7,575 bases of DNA from NCBI GenBank assembly GCA_049973735.1, contig JBMFJL010000028.1, forward strand, positions 1 through 7,575. The letters run 5' to 3'. The notes beneath the pieces are model-generated. The model was given only the letters and a program-made list of their open reading frames with translations. It searched no databases and had not been told where the DNA came from. A program made the position numbers and the translations under genes. Position 1 is the first letter of the stretch, and each line of letters begins with the position of its first letter. This DNA comes from Nanopusillaceae archaeon. Lineage in GTDB: Archaea; Nanobdellota; Nanobdellia; Nanobdellales; Nanobdellaceae. Below, piece after piece: positions 1-4,958 of this stretch.

Positions 1-4
1 GACC

Positions 5-1060
5 TCATTTCATTTTCTGAGCAATTATTCCAACTTGTATTTCGCCCAGTTTATTTTTATCAAAATCATTTACTTTCTTTATTACCAAATATGCTGGATA
101 TTCAAATGATTTATCTGCTTCATTCCTTACTCCCAACTCTATTTTCATTATATTATTAATATTTAAGTTTTCTGGATTATAAATTATGTCATTTATTACA
201 CTACACAACAAATCATTTGTACATACTGAGTAGATCTTAAATGTTCTTGGGAAGAAAAACTGTAGAGTCTGTATATTGTGATATACATAATAATCTCCGC
301 TATTCTGTTTTTGTTCTTTATGATGACAATGATTATATGGATTTGACATTGCATTATAGTATTCGTAAAATGTCATACCAAGGTTCAATGCAACATCAAG
401 TGCAATACTTACACCTATACCAATTGGGCCTCCTATTTTTGATATTATCAAACCGCCTACATATGTTTCTATAGCACTTATGGTTGAATATACAATATTC
501 TCTTGCAAAATTGTTGGAATCTCATATACAAATGAACTTATAGCAAATCTATTTGTTTCTGCAGCATAATTTAAAATACTGGTAGCACTGCCTGCTACCA
601 AATTTATTGAAAAATCTGCTGCTGCTGCCTTTGCTAATGTACCCATTATTTTACTAATATCAGCAGTTTTTAGAAATGGTATTGCTGATAATATCCCACC
701 TATAACACCAAAAAATACGCTTTGGGATACTTGTTCCCATAGATTTTTCCTAATACAATATCCTATAGATGTATAAAAACTATCACTACTATAGGTTTGA
801 AATGAAAAGAAATACCTTGTTTGTGGAACTCCTATTCTAAATTCTAAAAGAGGAGCTGGTTGTGAAGTAACATATATTACTGATGTCATTTCACCAGGTT
901 CTGATGTTGAATAAGTTAAAAAACCTGCAGTTTCTAATAATAAATATTTATTATGTGGATGAAATAGTTGTCCTGCAATATAAGGTAAATAAAATCCAAT
1001 TAGTAATACTACTATAATAAATATTGATGCAATTACAACATCTAGCAAAGTCTCCTCCAT
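5..1060 (-). CDS. Hypothetical polytopic membrane protein, 351 aa; sixth (last) gene of the minus-strand surface/membrane operon
   Basis: Complete ORF (ATG 1058-1060, TGA 5-7). Its ATG overlaps the stop of the upstream gene by 1 nt (TAATG). The plus strand is T-rich here, as over all minus-strand genes in the window. N-terminus is MEETLLDVVIASIFIIVVLLIGFYLPYIAG. Further hydrophobic segments lie at aa ~114-130 (VFFGVIGGILSAIPFL) and aa ~199-229 (TYVGGLIISKIGGPIGIGVSIALDVALNLGM, Gly-rich). No protein family recognised by eye. Confidence 0.6.
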   Translation of the reverse strand: MEETLLDVVIASIFIIVVLLIGFYLPYIAGQLFHPHNKYLLLETAGFLTYSTSEPGEMTSVIYVTSQPAPLLEFRIGVPQTRYFFSFQTYSSDSFYTSIGYCIRKNLWEQVSQSVFFGVIGGILSAIPFLKTADISKIMGTLAKAAAADFSINLVAGSATSILNYAAETNRFAISSFVYEIPTILQENIVYSTISAIETYVGGLIISKIGGPIGIGVSIALDVALNLGMTFYEYYNAMSNPYNHCHHKEQKQNSGDYYVYHNIQTLQFFFPRTFKIYSVCTNDLLCSVINDIIYNPENLNINNIMKIELGVRNEADKSFEYPAYLVIKKVNDFDKNKLGEIQVGIIAQKMK

Positions 1061-1992
1061 TATGTTTGAGTACCTGGAGATATTGGATATAGAATATTAA
1101 CATATAAATTATCTCCATCTACTGTAAATTTTATTGTTTGTCCTGTAACAATTCTATTTAATACTCCTGTACATGAATAACCTATAGTACACTTTAATAT
1201 TAATAAATCTACTCCAAGTTCTGCACAGTATACATATGCATTCTGTCCAGTATTATATTGAAATACATTTGCACCTGGAAAGAATCCATATAAGTATGCA
1301 CAAGAACCCATCGGACATGAGATTACAGAACCACCATTTTTACATATAGCATTTTTATCTGTAGATGGATAATCGAAGGTACATCCATTTGTAGAATCAC
1401 ATGTTATATTAACCCCTGCAGTCACTCCAAGGGTAGGATTGGACAAATACACCATAGATTTAAATATGTTGGAAGTACTTGATATAATTACAGGAGTTCC
1501 AAAGTAATATGTCATTTTACAATCTCCTTCTCCCCTTGGGACACATAAATATCCGGAAGAAAATGGAGTACCATTTATATATATCTTTATCCTATTCTTA
1601 TTTAATTTTTGATGAAATACCCTTACACAAGTTGATAGATCTGGTCCTATATAGAAAATTCCTTTTTGCTGATCATAATATAATACTGATATTCCATATT
1701 GAACTTCTCCAGAAGTAAATCCCGTCTGACATCTATATAGATCTAGATATAAACCACTACCATTTGTTTCTATTATATATATAAAATCTGGATCGTATGA
1801 TGTTATTACAACTGTACCTTTTCCATTATCTATATTGCTAGCTAATTCTTTTGCAAATTTGATATACTTTGGTTGCTCACCGGTTGATATTCCAACTAAA
1901 CCTAAAATAAATACTGCTACAAGTATTACCAGTATTAAAACAACTATTATTTCAAATACTACTTTTAAAAATGATTCTGTTGCCCTTTTCAT
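1060..1992 (-). CDS. Cys-rich ectoprotein with class III (prepilin-like) N-terminus, 310 aa; fifth gene of operon
   Basis: Complete ORF. Its ATG (1990-1992) lies 1 nt after the stop of the 53-aa ORF. N-terminus is MKRA|TESFLKVVFEIIVVLILVILVAVFILGLVG, i.e. K-R then a small Ala before a long hydrophobic helix. The rest is Gly/Thr/Tyr/Val-rich (beta-type composition). All 12 Cys lie after the helix. There are 3 N-x-S/T sequons (NGS, NGT, NIT). No family recognised. Confidence 0.7.
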   Translation of the reverse strand: MKRATESFLKVVFEIIVVLILVILVAVFILGLVGISTGEQPKYIKFAKELASNIDNGKGTVVITSYDPDFIYIIETNGSGLYLDLYRCQTGFTSGEVQYGISVLYYDQQKGIFYIGPDLSTCVRVFHQKLNKNRIKIYINGTPFSSGYLCVPRGEGDCKMTYYFGTPVIISSTSNIFKSMVYLSNPTLGVTAGVNITCDSTNGCTFDYPSTDKNAICKNGGSVISCPMGSCAYLYGFFPGANVFQYNTGQNAYVYCAELGVDLLILKCTIGYSCTGVLNRIVTGQTIKFTVDGDNLYVNILYPISPGTQT

Positions 1993-1993
1993 A

Positions 1994-2155
1994 TTATAAG
2001 CCAGATTCGTTTACAACTTTATATCCAACGCTTGTCACATTCATCTTAATAGAATTGTTTACTATGTAATAATATATGAATACACCCAGTACTATTAATA
2101 CAATGGCAATAATTAAATATATTAGAAAGTTTGTTCCTTCTTCAGACCTCCTCAT
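1994..2155 (-). CDS. Single-helix mini-protein, 53 aa (pilin-like design); fourth gene of operon; NOT in the supplied ORF track
   Basis: Hand translation of the minus strand. The ATG at 2153-2155 overlaps the TGA (2152-2154) of the upstream ORF as ATGA; the stop TAA is at 1994-1996. Product: MRRSEEGTNFLIYLIIAIVLIVLGVFIYYYIVNNSIKMNVTSVGYKVVNESGL. It has the same design as its neighbours. It fills an otherwise unexplained gap of about 160 nt in a tightly packed operon. The tail of about 20 residues has three sequons (NNS, NVT, NES). The smallest ORF in the track is 60 aa, so this one was probably filtered out by size. Confidence 0.55.
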   Translation of the reverse strand: MRRSEEGTNFLIYLIIAIVLIVLGVFIYYYIVNNSIKMNVTSVGYKVVNESGL

Positions 2156-2346
2156 GGTGTACTTCCTTGAACATTTCCTTGTATTTCGCTTATTACATGA
2201 GTCCCATTTGTTTGATTCACACTATTAAATAAATTTGCTCCTCCTTTAAAGTAATATGCAGAAAATATTACCAATAATACCAAGGCAACAATAAACAATA
2301 TTATTAAAACTAAGAAATTACTTACCTGAGATCTTTTATGGTACAT
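2152..2346 (-). CDS. Single-helix mini-protein, 64 aa (pilin-like design); third gene of operon
   Basis: ORF track. Its ATG (2344-2346) overlaps the preceding ORF by 11 nt. N-terminus is MYHKRS|QVSNFLVLIILFIVALVLLVIFS. The C-terminal tail YYFKGGANLFNSVNQTNGTHVISEIQGNVQGSTP has NQT and NGT sequons. Confidence 0.6.
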   Translation of the reverse strand: MYHKRSQVSNFLVLIILFIVALVLLVIFSAYYFKGGANLFNSVNQTNGTHVISEIQGNVQGSTP

Positions 2347-2470
2347 TGTTTTGTCCTATCAATTTTAGGTTCCATCCAACCTTTGGCCCTATTACAATAA
2401 AAATAAGTACTAATGCCAATATGACAAATATTAATGCTAATATTATTTTTAATAGTTCACCAGTTTCCAT
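2336..2470 (-). CDS. Single-helix mini-protein, 44 aa if started at ATG 2468-2470 (72 aa if started at 2554); second gene of operon
   Basis: The track gives 2336-2554. That start overlaps the 402-aa gene by 50 nt and adds a 28-residue extension (MKVDHIQYLLHHSSKSKNLIIVKGFRYI) unlike any neighbour. The internal ATG gives METGELLKIILALIFVILALVLIFIVIGPKVGWNLKLIGQNNVP, which matches the neighbours' design. The start cannot be resolved from sequence alone. Confidence 0.5.
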   Translation of the reverse strand: METGELLKIILALIFVILALVLIFIVIGPKVGWNLKLIGQNNVP

Positions 2471-2504
2471 TATATATCTAAAGCCTTTGACTATTATAAG
2501 GTTT

Positions 2505-3713
2505 TTACTCTTGGAAGAATGATGTAACAAATATTGAATGTGATCCACCTTCATATGTATATACTATATAACCGATAATACCAGATTGTTTAGATTCTGG
2601 TACTATTATTGTCGAACATCCTGCATCTTTTTGCAATGAATATTCTTGAACATCTGTATCAGTTACTTTATATGATTGGGTATAAAGCATTTTATTAATT
2701 GGGTCTGGAACACTACCGCCATTGTTACAAGAACCAACATTATTTAAATCCAATAGATTACATACTAAAGAGTCATCTGCTACCTTTTCAATATCTGTTC
2801 TATACATTTGCTTAAATGGATTCTTATCATAATAATTCATCATGTATAACATACAAAATACTGAAGATAAAGAAATTTCTTTACCCCTATAATCTAAATA
2901 TGTTATAGAATAGTGAGTATGTACTCCTGCAATAGATACTGCCTGTCCCAAGGTTTCACCAAATGTATTATAAAGATACTTTGCAATTAGATATGTTAAA
3001 AATATTGTCTGACATTCTGATTTTGTGGGATTTGAAGAACATTTGTAAGTTTTCTCTATTTTATCTACATAAGTTTGATTTAAATCCCTATACATTCTAT
3101 TTATATCTCTTGGATCTATTGATGTTGTATTAGTTGCTACTATTCCTACCGGTACTAGATAATATAATAACGGACCTTGAATCATTTTTGCAACCTGATT
3201 TAATACTGATCCGAGTACATATAGTCCTGCGCTTGTCAATGCAAGTTGTTGGAAATATGGATTTCCTACTACATATGTTATACCCTCCTTTGCACCAGTT
3301 GAAAATTTGTATAAAGTAGATTCTTCTTCCACTTTACCCAAAATCTTTTCTGCATATTTTTTATATTGTTCTTTTGATATTCTACCAGCTTGTAATTCTT
3401 CTCTTGCAAATTCCAATGCCTCTATATATCCTGTGGATTTTGATCTCACTGCACTTATACCACCTATAACAACTGCAGCTAATAATATTCCTGCAGTTAT
3501 ATATAATCCTATTTGTCCTACACTTTGAGTAATTTGTGCAGGTTTAACTACTAAGAAATCTACAGTACCAGAAAGTGCATAAGCAAATTTTGCCTGTAAT
3601 CTTCCACTATATGATAAAGCTTTAAAGAAATTAAATAATATGATCAACAATACTATAAATATTATTATTATCAAGATTAATCTTATTACATCATCCGAAA
3701 CTGCCCTTTTCAT
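2505..3713 (-). CDS. Membrane protein with class III-like N-terminus, about 3 TM segments and a Cys-containing C-terminal ectodomain, 402 aa; first gene of operon
   Basis: Complete ORF. N-terminus is MKRA|VSDDVIRLILIIIIFIVLLIILFNFF. From memory, its K-R-A-V-S resembles the R-A-V-S-P start of archaeal pilin N-terminal domains (Pfam PF07790 type). A second clear TM lies at aa ~66-89 (GQIGLYITAGILLAAVVIGGISAV). A charged helical stretch follows at aa ~90-135 (EALEFAREELQAGRISKEQYKKYAEKILGKVEEE), then a hydrophobic region at aa ~155-193. The C-terminal domain of about 200 aa holds all 6 Cys and the NTT and NQT sequons. Confidence 0.7.
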   Translation of the reverse strand: MKRAVSDDVIRLILIIIIFIVLLIILFNFFKALSYSGRLQAKFAYALSGTVDFLVVKPAQITQSVGQIGLYITAGILLAAVVIGGISAVRSKSTGYIEALEFAREELQAGRISKEQYKKYAEKILGKVEEESTLYKFSTGAKEGITYVVGNPYFQQLALTSAGLYVLGSVLNQVAKMIQGPLLYYLVPVGIVATNTTSIDPRDINRMYRDLNQTYVDKIEKTYKCSSNPTKSECQTIFLTYLIAKYLYNTFGETLGQAVSIAGVHTHYSITYLDYRGKEISLSSVFCMLYMMNYYDKNPFKQMYRTDIEKVADDSLVCNLLDLNNVGSCNNGGSVPDPINKMLYTQSYKVTDTDVQEYSLQKDAGCSTIIVPESKQSGIIGYIVYTYEGGSHSIFVTSFFQE

Positions 3714-3776
3714 ATAAAGTTAAAAATCCTTGAGAATTTAAAAATTTAATAAAATTTTCTATATATTGATAAAATA
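3714..3776. promoter_or_regulatory. Divergent promoter region between the six-gene operon and the C2H2 zinc-finger gene
   Basis: A 63-bp A/T-rich spacer separates divergent ATGs at 3713 (-) and 3777 (+). TATA-like runs are centred about 27 nt upstream of each ATG: TTTAATAAAA (3745-3754, plus sense) and TTTTTAAATT (complement of 3735-3744). No Shine-Dalgarno-like purine run is adjacent to either ATG, which is compatible with leaderless mRNAs. In DNA this AT-rich, such motifs also arise by chance. Confidence 0.35.
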
Positions 3777-4043
3777 ATGCTAAAGGCGGTTAAAGATGTA
3801 TCTAGGAATGGAATGTTAATATATAGATGTAGGTTGTGTGGACATGTATTTATTAATGGTAAGCAATATGCAAAACATTTAGTTAAATCTCACTTAAGAA
3901 ATATGAGCATGAATAAAAGAAAAGCCAAAAAATTATACAAGAGATTATTATTGATAAAAATTAAACAAGAAAATAATTTAGAGTTAACAAATTATGAAAA
4001 GTATCTATTATTAAAGGCAAAATTGAATAATATAAAGCTATAG
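3777..4043 (+). CDS. Small classical C2H2 zinc-finger protein with basic helical tail, 88 aa (putative DNA-binding regulator)
   Basis: aa 16-39 (nt 3822-3893), YRCRLCGHVFINGKQYAKHLVKSH, fits the classical finger pattern Y-x-C-x2-C-x3-F-x5-Y-x2-H-x4-H exactly. The C-terminal half is Lys/Arg/Leu-rich (NKRKAKKLYKRLLLIKIKQENNLELTNYEKYLLLKAKL). The plus strand is A-rich over the ORF, as expected for a plus-strand gene here. An alternative start at Met13 is possible. Confidence 0.65.
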   Translation: MLKAVKDVSRNGMLIYRCRLCGHVFINGKQYAKHLVKSHLRNMSMNKRKAKKLYKRLLLIKIKQENNLELTNYEKYLLLKAKLNNIKL

Positions 4044-4595
4044 CTATATAGTAAATAGTTTTATTCTTTCTTTTCCAGATAATTCTTGTATTATTCTTTG
4101 ATATATTATATCCTCAACCTTTCCCGGTATTTTTGTCCTCTTTTCTATATCTTCAAATGATTCAAATGGTTTTTTATTCCTTTCTTCAATTATCTTTTGT
4201 ACTGTAACTTTTCCTATATTTGGAAGTAGTTCTAATGAATGTATTCTTATGTTTATTGGTCCTGCTTTATTGAAGAATTCGACATATTTTTTCTCATTTT
4301 TCTTTATTAAATCTTTTATTACTCTTTCCAAATTTGCTTTTGCTATTTCCGGTAAATCATCGACACCAACCCTTCTTAGTATTGATCTGACCTTTGGCCT
4401 CTGTCCCTCGCCGACATATAATTCTTCAAAATTTTCAACCGAAACACCTGGCTTTAACGTTAATATTAATAATGTAAAGTAATCTTTTCCAATAGCATAT
4501 ACTATTGGCTCTTTTATATTTTTAGTTGGATCTCCTCCTGGTAAATATGCTAAAACTATTGCATATTCTTCTTTTTTTGTTTCTCTTTTATCCAT
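4044..4595 (-). CDS. DUF655 / COG1491 family predicted nucleic-acid-binding protein (OB-fold N-terminus plus helix-hairpin-helix C-terminus), 183 aa
   Basis: The N-terminal EEYAIVLAYLPGG and the C-terminal HhH-like LELLPNIGKVTVQKIIEERNKKPFESFEDIEKRTKIPG are typical of this archaeal family. The ATG overlaps the rpoF stop by 8 nt (ATGGATAA), reproducing the conserved archaeal rpoF-COG1491 gene pair. Confidence 0.85.
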   Translation of the reverse strand: MDKRETKKEEYAIVLAYLPGGDPTKNIKEPIVYAIGKDYFTLLILTLKPGVSVENFEELYVGEGQRPKVRSILRRVGVDDLPEIAKANLERVIKDLIKKNEKKYVEFFNKAGPINIRIHSLELLPNIGKVTVQKIIEERNKKPFESFEDIEKRTKIPGKVEDIIYQRIIQELSGKERIKLFTI

Positions 4596-4905
4596 ATTTC
4601 TTTATTATATCCAATATTTTGTTCATTTCTTCCTTAGAAATTGTATTAGTATATAGTACAACTCTTAATTCTTCTTCATTTTTTGGCAACATTTCCAAGA
4701 TTTGTATTTTAACTTCATCAAGTAATTTTATATCTTTCATCTCCTCCAAAATCTTTTTTTCTTCTTCTTCATCCAATTTATATGTGGTTTCAAGGAATTT
4801 CAATACCCTTTCCTCTACACTTGACAATTTTCTTTTTTTCTTTATTTCTTTTAATAAATTTTTAACATATCCTGGAGTAACAATTTTCTTTTCGCCAATT
4901 TCCAT
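4588..4905 (-). CDS. rpoF: DNA-directed RNA polymerase subunit Rpo4 (RpoF, Rpb4 family), 105 aa
   Basis: A small Lys/Glu-rich helical protein. The C-terminal LPKNEEELRVVLYTNTISKEEMNKILDIIKKYG resembles the C-terminal helical domain of archaeal subunit F. It is adjacent to L21e and translationally coupled to DUF655, the conserved archaeal neighbourhood. Confidence 0.8.
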   Translation of the reverse strand: MEIGEKKIVTPGYVKNLLKEIKKKRKLSSVEERVLKFLETTYKLDEEEEKKILEEMKDIKLLDEVKIQILEMLPKNEEELRVVLYTNTISKEEMNKILDIIKKYG

Positions 4906-4958
4906 TTTATATATCTTTAAAATATTATTTAAAAATATATCACAAAGTATTATAGAAA
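4906..4958. promoter_or_regulatory. Bidirectional promoter region for rpoF (-) and rpl21e (+), possibly with one shared TATA element
   Basis: A 53-bp spacer. A single A/T run ATTATTTAAAAATAT (4924-4938) is centred about 27 nt from both ATGs (4905 on minus, 4959 on plus). It reads TTTAAAAATA on plus and TTTTTAAATAAT on minus. There is no SD-like element before either ATG, which is compatible with two leaderless transcripts. Confidence 0.4.

Noticed and set aside
319-333. NHCHH His/Cys cluster in the 351-aa protein as a metal-binding site
   Set aside because: It is too short and isolated to support a call. It is mentioned only as context in the finding on that protein.
241-474. 77-aa plus-strand ORF from the track
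   Set aside because: It lies entirely antisense to the 351-aa minus-strand gene. It has no start context or recognisable features. The plus strand here is T-rich, which marks the antisense strand of a real gene.
1509-1718. 69-aa plus-strand ORF from the track
   Set aside because: It is antisense within the 310-aa gene. Its Leu/Ile/Phe-rich composition is typical of a shadow ORF in AT-rich DNA.
2180-2347. Weak Shine-Dalgarno-like purine runs upstream of internal operon genes (for example AGGAAG before the 53-aa ORF and TAGGAC before the 64-aa ORF)
   Set aside because: The matches are short and lie inside upstream coding sequence. Spacing is inconsistent and other genes lack them, so this is not enough to call ribosome-binding sites.
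2471-2554. The 72-aa version of the second operon gene as the default call
   Set aside because: It is not excluded, only deprioritised. It needs a 50-nt overlap with the upstream gene. Its 28-residue extension (MKVDHIQYLLHHSSKSKNLIIVKGFRYI) breaks the N-terminal design shared by all neighbours.
3134-3528. Two overlapping plus-strand ORFs (61 aa at 3134-3319 and 73 aa at 3307-3528)
   Set aside because: Both are antisense within the 402-aa gene. That gene is much longer, is operon-coupled and has coherent membrane-protein features.
5-3713. Calling the operon a complete type IV pilus or archaellum locus
   Set aside because: The window contains no Walker-box secretion ATPase, no FlaJ/TadC/PilC-like platform protein, no prepilin peptidase and no archaellum accessory genes. 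Two members are polytopic rather than pilin-like. Only 'pilin-like N-termini' can be supported.
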